NCBI GenBank assembly: GCA_040905425.1
Contig: JBBDRO010000050.1
Span: 56,877-120,876, forward strand
Length of the DNA: 64,000 nt
Direction: 5' to 3'
From: Gemmatimonadota bacterium
GTDB taxonomy: Bacteria > Gemmatimonadota > Gemmatimonadetes > Longimicrobiales > RSA9
The notes beneath the pieces are model-generated. The model did not search any database. It was not told the origin of the DNA and saw only the letters and a list, made by a program, of their open reading frames with translations. Positions 1 through 9,275 of the stretch are shown here, piece after piece. Position numbers and translations under genes: made by a program. Every line of letters starts with the position of its first letter. The first letter of the stretch is position 1.

Positions 1-75
1 CTCACCCGGCGGCCTCTCACCCGGCGGCCTCTCACCCGGCGGCCTCTCACCCGGCGGACCCTGACCCGGCGCCCC
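1..75. repeat. 15-bp tandem repeat (CTCACCCGGCGGCCT), 3 exact plus 2 degenerate copies, possibly truncated by the window edge
   Basis: Read directly: ctcacccggcggcct x3, ctcacccggcggacc, ctgacccggcgcccc. Confidence 0.9.
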
Positions 76-160
76 GCTACTCCGGCGGTCGGCGGGTCTC
101 CCCTTCCGGAACGCCCTGCGTTTTCAGAGCTGACCCGTTGTGCCCCAACGTTTTTTTGTA

Positions 161-176
161 ATACTGTATACAGTAT
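161..176. promoter_or_regulatory. Perfect 16-bp AT-rich palindrome ATACTGTATACAGTAT, putative transcription-factor operator
   Basis: Exact inverted repeat in an AT-rich patch of GC-rich DNA. The TGTATACA core resembles GntR/FadR-type operators (inference). Confidence 0.55.
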
Positions 177-302
177 GCAAGAAAGTTGTTCTCTCCCAAC
201 GATTGTCGTTCCGAAAACCCGGGCGCCGCGCAGGGGCATACCCGAGCGCTCCCGTGCAAACGACCGGACGGGCCGACGCAATACCATCAAGCCGCCGCCA
301 TG

Positions 303-428
303 AGGCCTCAGCCACCGGACCTCCGCCACCGGGCCTCAGCCATCAGACCTCCGCCACCGGGCCTCAGCCATCAGACCTCCGCCACCGGGCCTCAGCCATC
401 AGACCTCCGCCACCGGACCGCAGCCACC
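303..428. repeat. 14-bp-period tandem repeat with a 28-bp higher-order unit (GGGCCTCAGCCATC AGACCTCCGCCACC), 9 half-units
   Basis: Read directly. Three exact 28-bp copies at 331-414 are flanked by degenerate half-units. There are no unique spacers. Confidence 0.9.
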
Positions 429-449
429 AGGCCCTGGCGGCCGATCCGT

Positions 450-478
450 TTGCAGGGCGGCGCACGGCCGTCTAACTT
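450..478 (+). promoter_or_regulatory. Putative sigma70 promoter for the purD operon
   Basis: TTGCAG-N17-TAACTT, 48 bp upstream of the purD ATG. Confidence 0.4.
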
Positions 479-526
479 CGGGATGGTTTCGGGTCCTGCG
501 GACGACTCCTGCACGGCAGTGCCACC

Positions 527-1801
527 ATGAAGATTCTCGTGATCGGCAACGGCGGGCGCGAGCACGCCCTCCTCTGGAAGCTCCGGCGGGACGCGCCCGA
601 CGCCGAGTTCTACGTCACGGGTGGCAACGGCGGCACCGCCGGCCTTGCCACCTCGCTGCCGCTGAAGCCCGCCGACCTGAACGGGCTGGCCGCCTGGGCG
701 GAGGCGAACGGCGTGACGCTGACGGTCGTTGGGCCCGAGGCGCCCCTCGCCGACGGCGTCGTGGACATCTTCTCGCGGCGCGGCCTGCCCATCTTCGGAC
801 CCACCAAGAAGGCCGCCGCCATCGAGGCGTCCAAGGCATACGCCAAGCGCCTGCTGGAGCGCGCCGGCGTGCCCACCGCCCGCCACGCCACCTTCACGGA
901 GTTCCCCGCCGCCGAGCACCACATCCGCGAGCGGGGCGCGCCCATCGTGGTGAAAGCCTCGGGGCTGGCCGCGGGCAAGGGCGCCGTGGTGTGCGCCACC
1001 GAGGCGGAGGCCGTGGAGGCCGCCCGCGAGATGCTCTCCGGCGAAGCGTTCGGCTCTGCTGGAGACGAGATCGTCATCGAGGAGTTCATGGAGGGCCCCG
1101 AGCTTTCCGTTTTCGCGCTCTCCGACGGGACGCACGCGCTACCCCTGCTCGCCTCGCAGGATCATAAGCGTGTGGGTGAAGGGGATACGGGTCCCAACAC
1201 AGGAGGGATGGGCGCCTACGCTCCCGTGCCGCTGAGCAGCCCGGAGCTGATCGAGCGCATCCGGCGTGAGATCCTGGAGCCCACGCTGACAGCGCTCCGC
1301 GAGGAGGAGCGGGAGTTTCGCGGCCTGCTCTACGCGGGGCTCATGCTCACCGCGGACGGCCCGAAGGTGGTGGAGTACAACGCCCGCTTCGGCGACCCTG
1401 AAACGCAGGTGGTCCTGCCCATGATGGCCTCCTCCCTGCTCGAGCCCATGCGCGCGGTGGCCATGGGGGGCTCGCTCGAGGGGGTGGAGCTGGCGTGGCG
1501 GCCGGGGGCCGCGCTCGCCACCGTGCTGGCCTCGGGCGGCTACCCTGGCTCCTACGGCAAGGGGAAGGAGATCACCATCCCGGCGGGGCTCGAGGACGAG
1601 CACACGCTGGTCTTCCACGCTGGCACCGCCCGCAAGGACGGGCGCCTGCTCACCTCGGGTGGGCGCGTGCTGGCCGTGACCGGCCTCGGGTCCACGCTGG
1701 CCGAGGCGGCCGAGCGCAGCCGGGCGGCCGCGGCGGCCATCACCTTCGAGGGCCGGCAATACCGCGGGGACATCGGCTGGCGCGCCCTGGCTGCTGATTG
1801 A
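527..1801 (+). CDS. purD: Phosphoribosylamine--glycine ligase
   Basis: MKILVIGNGGREHAL start, VVKASGLAAGKG, GPNTGGMGAY, EYNARFGDPETQ, TSGGRVL. Confidence 0.97.
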   Translation: MKILVIGNGGREHALLWKLRRDAPDAEFYVTGGNGGTAGLATSLPLKPADLNGLAAWAEANGVTLTVVGPEAPLADGVVDIFSRRGLPIFGPTKKAAAIEASKAYAKRLLERAGVPTARHATFTEFPAAEHHIRERGAPIVVKASGLAAGKGAVVCATEAEAVEAAREMLSGEAFGSAGDEIVIEEFMEGPELSVFALSDGTHALPLLASQDHKRVGEGDTGPNTGGMGAYAPVPLSSPELIERIRREILEPTLTALREEEREFRGLLYAGLMLTADGPKVVEYNARFGDPETQVVLPMMASSLLEPMRAVAMGGSLEGVELAWRPGAALATVLASGGYPGSYGKGKEITIPAGLEDEHTLVFHAGTARKDGRLLTSGGRVLAVTGLGSTLAEAAERSRAAAAAITFEGRQYRGDIGWRALAAD

Positions 1802-1808
1802 TCCCGAA

Positions 1809-2633
1809 GTGCCCGAGCTTCCCGAGGCCGAAACCATCGTCCGTGACCTGCGGCGCCAGCTCCCGGGCCGGCGTGTCACGGCAGTCCATGTGCGCCACGC
1901 CGACGTGCTGGGGCAGGGCCTTGATCCCGCGGATCTCGACGCGGCCCTGAAGCAGCGGGAGATCATGGATATCGAGCGGCGCGGCAAGAACGTGGTGGTG
2001 GTCTTCGACGGCCAGCTTCGCCTCATGGTGAACCTGGGCATGACCGGCCGCCTGGTGGCCTCCGAAGCCACCCGCGCGGGGGAGCTCCGCCACGTGGCCG
2101 TGCACCTCACGCTGGACGATGGCGCCGCACTGCTCTACGACGATGCCCGGCGCTTCGGCCGGCTGGACCTGCACGACGCGGCCTCCTGGGAGGAGCGCAG
2201 CCAGGAGCTTGGCGTGGAGCCGCTCGCACCGGAGTTCACCGCCGAACGTCTTTTCACGCTGACGCGCAGGTCGAAGGTGACGCTCCGCAACTGGCTCCTG
2301 GATCAACGCAGGGTGGCGGGCGTGGGGAACATCTACGCCAGCGAGGCGCTCTTCCGCGCCGGCGTGCGCCCCACGCGCCGCGCCGGTCGGCTGAAGCGCA
2401 AGGAGGCCGGCCCGCTGCGCGACGGCCTGGTGGCGGTGCTCGAGGAGGCGATCGAGTGGCGCGGCACCACCATCAGCGACTACCGGGACGGCAGCGGCGA
2501 GCCGGGCGGGTTCAACCGCCGGCTGCGCGTTTACGACCGCGCGGACGAGCCGTGCCTCACGTGCGGAGCGCCCATCAAGCGGGTGGTGCTCAGCAACCGG
2601 TCCGCGTACTACTGCCCGGCGTGCCAGGCATGA
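1809..2633 (+). CDS. mutM: Formamidopyrimidine-DNA glycosylase / AP lyase
   Basis: N-terminal PELPE, RRGK, LGMTG, LLDQ..VAGVGNIYASEALF H2TH motif, C-terminal CxxC...CxxCQ zinc finger. Confidence 0.97.
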   Translation: MPELPEAETIVRDLRRQLPGRRVTAVHVRHADVLGQGLDPADLDAALKQREIMDIERRGKNVVVVFDGQLRLMVNLGMTGRLVASEATRAGELRHVAVHLTLDDGAALLYDDARRFGRLDLHDAASWEERSQELGVEPLAPEFTAERLFTLTRRSKVTLRNWLLDQRRVAGVGNIYASEALFRAGVRPTRRAGRLKRKEAGPLRDGLVAVLEEAIEWRGTTISDYRDGSGEPGGFNRRLRVYDRADEPCLTCGAPIKRVVLSNRSAYYCPACQA

Positions 2634-2643
2634 GGCCAGCCCG

Positions 2644-3864
2644 GTGAGCGCCCGCCTGGAGCAGGAGCGCATCGAGGCCGCCCTGCTGCGGCGGGCCGCG
2701 CGGCCCAGCTACTCGCGCAGGAAGGCGCACCGCGACGAGTCCTGGCCGCCGCTCGGCGCGCGCGGCCCCCGCCCCGCCGAGGCGCTCCGCGCGGACGTAC
2801 GCGCCGCCTGTGAGAACCGCCCCGGCGTGTACCGCATGATCGGCCCCGCCGACGACGTCCTCTATGTGGGCAAGTCCATTCGCGTGCGCACGCGCCTGCT
2901 GTCCTACTTTCGGGCGCCCCGCGGGGAGAAGGCCTCCGAGATCGTGGCGCACACGCACCGCGTGGAGTGGGAGTACGTCCCCAGCGAGTTCGCCGCGCTG
3001 CTCACCGAGATGCGCCACATCCAGGCCTGGCGGCCGCCCTACAACGTGGAGCACAAGCGCGACCGCGCCTTCTGCTTCGTGAAGCTCACGCGCGAGGAGG
3101 CGCCGCGCCTGCTGGTGGTGGGAGAGGTGGCCCACGACGGCGCCCTCTACTTCGGCCCGTTCCGCGGCCGCCGGCGCGTGCGCGAGGTGGTGCGCGAGGT
3201 CACCGACCTGCTGGAGCTGCGCGACTGTCCGGCGCGTACGCCCATGACATGGGCGGATCAGGCCGACCTCTTCGGCCACGAAGCCACGCCCGGTTGCATG
3301 CGCGCCGACGTGGGTCGCTGCCTGGCGCCGTGCGCCGGCCGCTGTACGCGCACCGAATACGTGGCCCAGGCCGAGCTGGCGCGCCAGTTCTTCGAAGGCA
3401 ACGCCGACCTGCCGCTGGCCCTCCTGCATGACCGCATGGCACGCGCGGTGGAGCGCCTGCAGTTCGAGTACGCCGCCGCGCTGCGCGACCGCATCTTCCA
3501 CCTGGAGAGCGCGCGCGAGGAGTTGGTGGCGCTGCGCGGCACCATCGAGTCGCTGAGCTTCCTCTACACCGTGCCCGGCCACGGCGGCAGCGACCGCTGC
3601 TATCTGGTGCGCCGTGGCAGCATCCGCGAGGAGCACCCCGCCCCCACCGACGCCGCGGGGTGGCGCGCGCTCAGGGGCCGCGCCCGCCGCCTCTTCAGCC
3701 GGCGCGAGACCGGCCCCGCCAGCGTGCAGCCCACGCAGGTGGCCGAGATCCTCCTGCTGGCCCGCTGGTTCCGCCTCCGCCCGCAGGAGATGCAGCGCGT
3801 GTGGCGGCCGAATGGCGCGCCGGTGCCCTCACCGGGGCTGCCAGCGGCCGTGCTGGGGGTGTGA
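2644..3864 (+). CDS. UvrC N-terminal / Cho-like GIY-YIG excinuclease with UVR motif
   Basis: PGVYRM...LYVGKS.R.R.RL.SYF GIY-YIG motif, Cys cluster (C...GCMR..VGRCLAPCAGRC), UVR motif LQFEYAAALRDRI. At 406 aa it lacks a recognisable RNaseH-like/HhH C-terminal half. Confidence 0.8.
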   Translation: MSARLEQERIEAALLRRAARPSYSRRKAHRDESWPPLGARGPRPAEALRADVRAACENRPGVYRMIGPADDVLYVGKSIRVRTRLLSYFRAPRGEKASEIVAHTHRVEWEYVPSEFAALLTEMRHIQAWRPPYNVEHKRDRAFCFVKLTREEAPRLLVVGEVAHDGALYFGPFRGRRRVREVVREVTDLLELRDCPARTPMTWADQADLFGHEATPGCMRADVGRCLAPCAGRCTRTEYVAQAELARQFFEGNADLPLALLHDRMARAVERLQFEYAAALRDRIFHLESAREELVALRGTIESLSFLYTVPGHGGSDRCYLVRRGSIREEHPAPTDAAGWRALRGRARRLFSRRETGPASVQPTQVAEILLLARWFRLRPQEMQRVWRPNGAPVPSPGLPAAVLGV

Positions 3865-3944
3865 GGCTGCGGGGAACAGAAGCTGACAACGAGCGGTAGG
3901 CCACGGTACCCCTGCCGCCCACGCACCCCGAGCCAGGCGGGATC

Positions 3945-5876
3945 ATGACCCGATGGAGCTTCCGATTCGCCATCGCAGCGTGCACCATCGGCGCGCCCCT
4001 CAGCGCGCAGATCATCACCGGCCGGGTGGTGGACGCCGCGACGGGGTCCGGCATTCCGGCCGCGCTCGTCCTTTCCGTTTCGGCGGAGGGAGACACGCTC
4101 CAGGCCATGACCGGTGCGGATGGCGGCTTCGGCCTCAGGGCGCGGCCGGGTGACTGGCGGGTCAGCGCGGCGCGCATCGGTTACACCTCGCCCGCACACG
4201 TTCTGGCCACGGTTCCGGCCTCAGGCTCCGTGCGCGTGGAGATCAGCATGGACCTCCGGGCCATCCCGCTCGGGAGCATTGCCGCCGAGGGGGAGCGGCG
4301 CTGCGAACTGGTGGACGCGGAGGTCGCCACGCAGACCCTCTGGGAGGAGGCGCGGAAGACGCTCGAGGCCGTGGCGTGGGCGCAGGCGGAGCCACTGACC
4401 TTCCGCGTCGTGGAACGCGAGGGGCCGGTGGATCTGGCGGGCAGGGCCATCACCCGCGCCAGCGTGGACACGCTCGTGGGCACGGGCATGCGCCCCTTCC
4501 TGACGCCGCCCGCGGCGGAACTGCACGCCAGCGGCTACATCCAGCCCGGACAGGGGGCGGGCTACGCCTATTATGCGCCCGACGCCGAGGTATTGCTCTC
4601 GGACGATTTCCTGGAGACCCACTGCTTCTCGGCCCTCCCCACCGAAGGCGGCAGGGTGGGCCTGAGCTTCCGGCCCGTGCGCGAGCGGGACGTACCCGAT
4701 GTGCTCGGCACGCTCTGGCTGGACCCGGAAAGCGGCGCGCTGCTCTCAACCGAGTTCAGCTACACCACCGATCCGCTGGGCGGTAATCCCGCACAGCTCG
4801 GTGGCTTCCTGCGCTTCGAGCAGTTGCCTTCCGGGCACTGGATCACCGCGGAATGGCTGCTCCGCACCCCGCGCATGATGGGATCCAACGCGGTGGGCGG
4901 GCGGTTCCGTGCCGGACGCATGATCGGCTTCGTGGAGGCGGCCGGTGTGCTCCTATCGGCGGAGGATCCACGCGCGACGCTCACTCGCGCCGGAGCCACG
5001 GAGGAGGCGGCGGCGAAGGCAGCGGCGGCGAAGGCAGCGGCGGCGGCGAAGGCAGAGGGGGAGGCGAAGGCAGAGGCGGCGGCGAAGGCAGCGGCGGACG
5101 CCGTGGTCGCCGAGCCGGATGCCGACGCGGCGCCGCCAGGGGCCGCCATTGCTCCGGCCGCCGTCCTCCTGGTGGTCAACCTGCGACACGATCCGACCGG
5201 TGAGCCCATGCACGCGGCGGCGGTGCAGCTCCGGCGGGCCGGCCAGGATGCCGAGGTGGCCAGCGCGATCTCCGATTCGACCGGCCAGGTCACGTTCCGC
5301 GTGCCGCCCGACGCCAGCTACGAGCTTGCCATCCGCCCCGGACTCGGCCTCCCCGCTGTCCTGTCCCGGCCCTTTCCCGTGGCCACGGCGCCCAAGCTCG
5401 TGAAGATCGCCGTGCCCCGGCTGGACTATCGGCTCGCCGAGATCGTGGTGGAGGCCACCGCCGAGCCGGTGCACATCGCGGCCGGCTTCAACGAGCGCAG
5501 GCGTCTCGGGTTCGGCCACCAGATCGACCGCGCCGAGATCGAGCGGCGCAGTTCGCACGACCTGCTGAACCTGCTACGCACGGTGCCGGGCGTCCGCCTG
5601 AGCAGCGTCAGGGCCGCGGACGGTGGTCGCGAGTGGGTCCTGGAGACTGGCCGGGTGACCACGGGCGAGTGCCGGATGCAGGTCTACGTCAACGGTGCCC
5701 GCATGAGCTCGCTGGCCGGGGATCCGGGCCTCCTGGATGACCTGCTGCGCACGTACGCGGCCGACATCGAAGCCGTCGAGGTCTACCGGGGGCCCGCTGA
5801 GACACCGGAGATCTTCGGCGGCAGCACGGCGCGCTGCGGCGTGGTGGCCATCTGGTACCGACGCGGGGGCCGCTAG
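3945..5876 (+). CDS. Secreted protein with carboxypeptidase-regulatory-like domains and a C-terminal TonB-dependent receptor plug domain (no barrel)
   Basis: Signal peptide, ITGRVVDAATG..IPAA / TGADGGF motif, LLNLLRTVPGV...VYVNG...IEAVEVYRG...CGVVAIW plug signature, Ala/Lys linker. Confidence 0.7.
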   Translation: MTRWSFRFAIAACTIGAPLSAQIITGRVVDAATGSGIPAALVLSVSAEGDTLQAMTGADGGFGLRARPGDWRVSAARIGYTSPAHVLATVPASGSVRVEISMDLRAIPLGSIAAEGERRCELVDAEVATQTLWEEARKTLEAVAWAQAEPLTFRVVEREGPVDLAGRAITRASVDTLVGTGMRPFLTPPAAELHASGYIQPGQGAGYAYYAPDAEVLLSDDFLETHCFSALPTEGGRVGLSFRPVRERDVPDVLGTLWLDPESGALLSTEFSYTTDPLGGNPAQLGGFLRFEQLPSGHWITAEWLLRTPRMMGSNAVGGRFRAGRMIGFVEAAGVLLSAEDPRATLTRAGATEEAAAKAAAAKAAAAAKAEGEAKAEAAAKAAADAVVAEPDADAAPPGAAIAPAAVLLVVNLRHDPTGEPMHAAAVQLRRAGQDAEVASAISDSTGQVTFRVPPDASYELAIRPGLGLPAVLSRPFPVATAPKLVKIAVPRLDYRLAEIVVEATAEPVHIAAGFNERRRLGFGHQIDRAEIERRSSHDLLNLLRTVPGVRLSSVRAADGGREWVLETGRVTTGECRMQVYVNGARMSSLAGDPGLLDDLLRTYAADIEAVEVYRGPAETPEIFGGSTARCGVVAIWYRRGGR

Positions 5877-5962
5877 GCGCTATCGTGGCGTGCACACAAG
5901 GCGCCGCCTAGCTTGCAAAACAGCGATCCAGCGTGCGGCCACCACCTCACGGAATACCGATC

Positions 5963-7186
5963 ATGCTTCGTTTATTGCTTCCCCTGGCCGTTGTGTTCAT
6001 CCTGGCGGGCGGCACGCTGTTGGGCGGGTGTGGCACCGCCGACCCCGGGGACGAGCGGGGCATCACGGTGGACACGCTGGCCAACGGCGCCCTGCACGTG
6101 CGCAACGACGCGTCCGGCGTGTGGACCCCGGAGGAACGCTGGCGCCTGGTGGAGGACCTGCGCATCGGCAGCGCGGACGGCCAGGGTCCCGACGTATTCG
6201 GACGCGTCGGGTCCGCCTTGCTGGACACCATGGGCAGGCTCTGGGTGATGGACCCGACCATCCCGGAAATGCGGGTCTTCGACATCGATGGCACTTACGT
6301 GCGCACCGTGGGACGCCGCGGCTCCGGCCCCGGCGAACTGAGCAATGGCGGCAATGTCTTTCGTGGACCGGATGGGGAGATCTGGGCGGAGGACACACGG
6401 GAGCGACGGTGGGAGCGCTTTGACACGGCCGGCAACGTGGTGGGGCGCACGGGCATCAACAGCAATCTGGGCAACGGCGCCCGCAGGTGGACGCCGGACG
6501 GTCGGCTCCTGGAGATCCAGCTCCTGAGGGAACCGGGCGCCGCCCCGGGAGAGGAGCGGGCCATCTGGGTACGGAATACTCTGGACGCCGAGGGGCAACT
6601 CGTGCCGGGAGACTCCTTTCCCTTTCCCGTGCTGCCCACCCCGGAAAGGGTCAGGATCACAGGTCTCGACGGCCGCGGCAGCATCTCGTTCTACATCCCC
6701 TTCGCGGCCAACGGCATGCGTGCGCTGAGCCAGGATGGCAGCTTCTGGGTGGCCGAGCCTGGGCCGGACTACCGCATCCGCCATGTGTCGCTGACGGGAG
6801 ACACTCTGCTCGTCTTCGAGCGGAGCTATGAGCCCGTGGCGGTGCCCGACTCCGCCCGCCAGCCCGCCATCGACAACATGTACCGCGAGGGCTTCTCGCA
6901 ACCGGACCTCGATCCGGACGAAATCCCGACCGCCCATCCGCCCTTCGCGCGCCTCTACGAGGCCACGGACGGCATGCTCTGGGTGCTCCGTGTGGCGGAG
7001 CATGGGCGCTCCGCCTTCGACGTCTTCACGGCGGCAGGCCACTATCTGGGTCAAGTGGCCGGTGACGTGGACCTGGAAGCGCTCCGCGTCTTCCACATCA
7101 GTGACGAGCACGTGTTCGCCATGGCCGCCGACGAACTGGGCGTGCAGTCCATCGTGCGAGTGCGCATCGAGAAGCCCGGGCCGTAG
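5963..7186 (+). CDS. Beta-propeller (6-bladed/NHL-like) lipoprotein
   Basis: Hydrophobic signal ending LLGGC; RIGS.DG, VFD.DG.YVRTVGRRGSGPGE and FDVF...G.YLG motifs. Start placed at ATG 5963. Confidence 0.7.
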   Translation: MLRLLLPLAVVFILAGGTLLGGCGTADPGDERGITVDTLANGALHVRNDASGVWTPEERWRLVEDLRIGSADGQGPDVFGRVGSALLDTMGRLWVMDPTIPEMRVFDIDGTYVRTVGRRGSGPGELSNGGNVFRGPDGEIWAEDTRERRWERFDTAGNVVGRTGINSNLGNGARRWTPDGRLLEIQLLREPGAAPGEERAIWVRNTLDAEGQLVPGDSFPFPVLPTPERVRITGLDGRGSISFYIPFAANGMRALSQDGSFWVAEPGPDYRIRHVSLTGDTLLVFERSYEPVAVPDSARQPAIDNMYREGFSQPDLDPDEIPTAHPPFARLYEATDGMLWVLRVAEHGRSAFDVFTAAGHYLGQVAGDVDLEALRVFHISDEHVFAMAADELGVQSIVRVRIEKPGP

Positions 7187-7202
7187 GGGCCGCGGGGCCC
7201 AC

Positions 7203-7670
7203 CTACAACTCGATCAGCTCCACCGCCTCATGCCCGTCCGCCAGCTCAAGCACCATCACCGTGGGCGGGATGCCGAAGCGGGCTGCACCCGCGCCGCCGG
7301 GGTTCAGCACCAGGGCCTTCCCCGCCCGTCGCTCCATCGGCCGGTGCGTGTGGCCGTACACGATGACGTCCGCGTCGGGCCACTGTTCCACGAGCCGCTC
7401 GGGCGTGGGCGAGCCGAGCTGGTGGCCGTGCACGACCACGATGCGGCGGTCGGCCGCCTCCACCTCGGCCACCTCGGGCAGGTGCGCCCGATGATCCATG
7501 CCGTCCGTGTTGCCCCAGACCGCGCGCACGGGCGCGATCAGCGCCAACTCATCGAGCAGCTCCAGGCCATTCACGTCGCCGGCGTGGAGGATGAGGTCCA
7601 CGCCCCCGAAATGGGTGAGGACCTGGGGGCGGAGCTTGCCGTGGGTGTCGCTGATGAGTCCGACGCGCAT
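7203..7670 (-). CDS. Metallophosphoesterase, YfcE/MJ0936 family
   Basis: ISDTHG, HAGD, GNTD, HGH, GHTH and NPG motifs. Confidence 0.9.
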   Translation of the reverse strand: MRVGLISDTHGKLRPQVLTHFGGVDLILHAGDVNGLELLDELALIAPVRAVWGNTDGMDHRAHLPEVAEVEAADRRIVVVHGHQLGSPTPERLVEQWPDADVIVYGHTHRPMERRAGKALVLNPGGAGAARFGIPPTVMVLELADGHEAVELIEL

Positions 7671-7674
7671 GCGC

Positions 7675-8325
7675 TCAGCCGCCCATCCCCTGGCCGCTCG
7701 CCCGCTCGTCGCTCTCCTGCCCGCCGCTCGCCCGCTCGCCGCTCTCCCAGCGCGGCCCCAGCGAGTGCTCCACGCCCACGTGCATGAGGATGCGGCCCAC
7801 CACGAAGTCGATCAGCTCGTCGATGGATTCGGGGCGGTGATAGAAGCCGGGTGAGGCCGGCAGCACCAGTGCGCCCGCTCGCGACAGGCGGAGCATGTTC
7901 TCCAGGTGGATCGTGGAGTAGGGCGTCTCGCGCGGCACCAGGACCAGCGGGCGACGCTCCTTCAGGCAGACGTCCGCCGCGCGCTCGATGAGCGAGCGGG
8001 TGGTGCCCTGGGCAATGCTGGCCAGGGTGCCCATGGAACAGGGACAGACGATCATGCCGCGCGAAGGTGCGGAGCCGGACGCCGGCGTGGCGCCACGGTC
8101 GCTATCCTCATAGAGCTGGACGCGGCGCCAGGCGGTGGCTTTGCGCAGCTCCTCCTCGGAGGCTATGCCGGCCTCCTCGGCCAGCAGCCGCCAGCCCGTC
8201 CGGGAGACGATCAGGCGGACAGAAACGTCGGACGCCGATAGCACCTGCAGGAGGCGCACGGCGTACGGCGCCCCGGAGGCTCCCGTGATGGCCAGGGTGA
8301 GTGGCGCGTCCGCGGCGGCGCTCAT
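7675..8325 (-). CDS. ubiX: Flavin prenyltransferase UbiX
   Basis: AITGASGA.Y, ASGS, PCSMGTLA, RAADVCLKERR.LVLVPRETP, PASPGFY. Confidence 0.95.
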   Translation of the reverse strand: MSAAADAPLTLAITGASGAPYAVRLLQVLSASDVSVRLIVSRTGWRLLAEEAGIASEEELRKATAWRRVQLYEDSDRGATPASGSAPSRGMIVCPCSMGTLASIAQGTTRSLIERAADVCLKERRPLVLVPRETPYSTIHLENMLRLSRAGALVLPASPGFYHRPESIDELIDFVVGRILMHVGVEHSLGPRWESGERASGGQESDERASGQGMGG

Positions 8326-9275
8326 GCCAGCAGCACCCGGTCCAACAGCGTGAAGAGGAAGAGCGAACTCGAGACGGCCACATTGGCGTGGAAGAAGGCG
8401 CGGTCCACGGTGCGGAGGTCGGTGGCGCCCGACGCCAGCCGCCCCGCCACCCTATGCTCCCACACCAGCAGAGCGCTCACCACGCCCACCCCCAGGAGAT
8501 AGACCCAGCCCACAGCAAAGAGATCCAGCGCCCACACAGCCAGGAAGAGGAGGGCCGCGCACAGGTGGAACCAGCGGGCGGCTCCGAGCGCGCGCGCCGT
8601 GCTCGTGCGGGCGGGAATGGAGTGCAGCCCCCGGGCGCGGTCGAACGCCCGGTCCTGCAGGGCGTAGATGACATCGAAGCCGGCCACCCAGAATGTGACG
8701 GCGGCCGCCACCACGGGCAGTGCGTACCAGGGCGCCGCCCAGGCGCCGGTCACGCCCAGGTAGCCGCCCACCGGCGCGATGCCGAGCGCCAGCCCCAGGA
8801 CGTGGTGCGACCACGCGGTGAAGCGCTTGGTGTAGGAGTAGAAGAACAGCCACGCCAGTGCCGCCGGGGCCAGCATGCCGCAGAGGGGATTGAGCATCCA
8901 GGCGGCGGCCACGAAGACCGCCGACGCCACGATCACGGCCACGGCCGCCTGCCCCAGGGCCAGCTTGCCCGCCGGCAGCTCGCGCCCCGCGGTACGCGGG
9001 TTCTCGGCGTCCAGCGTACGGTCCACGATGCGGTTGAAGCCCATGGCCGCGAAGCGCGCGGCGGTGAAGGCCAGCACGATCCAGCCTGCCTCCGCCCAGC
9101 CCAGCTCCGCCCCCGGCTGGTAGGTGGCCAGCACCGCGCCCATGGCGGCGAAGGGCAGCGCGAAGAGCGTGTGCGGCAGCTTCACGAAGCTGGCGTAACG
9201 CGCGACCAACGAGGCGCCGTGGTAGACCTGCCCCTCGCGGCGTGGCCCGTCCATGGCCAGTTCGCGCTCGCTCAC
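8322..9275 (-). CDS. UbiA-family polyprenyltransferase (MqnP-like, menaquinone futalosine pathway)
   Basis: VKLPHTLFALPFA, MGFNRIVDR.LDAENPRT..RELP, YSYTKRF, FDVIYALQD. The GTG start overlaps the ubiD stop. Confidence 0.88.
   Translation of the reverse strand: MSERELAMDGPRREGQVYHGASLVARYASFVKLPHTLFALPFAAMGAVLATYQPGAELGWAEAGWIVLAFTAARFAAMGFNRIVDRTLDAENPRTAGRELPAGKLALGQAAVAVIVASAVFVAAAWMLNPLCGMLAPAALAWLFFYSYTKRFTAWSHHVLGLALGIAPVGGYLGVTGAWAAPWYALPVVAAAVTFWVAGFDVIYALQDRAFDRARGLHSIPARTSTARALGAARWFHLCAALLFLAVWALDLFAVGWVYLLGVGVVSALLVWEHRVAGRLASGATDLRTVDRAFFHANVAVSSSLFLFTLLDRVLLA

Noticed and set aside
161..176. Canonical E. coli-type LexA box
   Set aside because: The CTGT/ACAG spacer is 2 bp, not 8. 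Kept only as a generic operator.
1..428. CRISPR array
   Set aside because: The repeats are head-to-tail with no unique spacers, and no cas genes are in the window.
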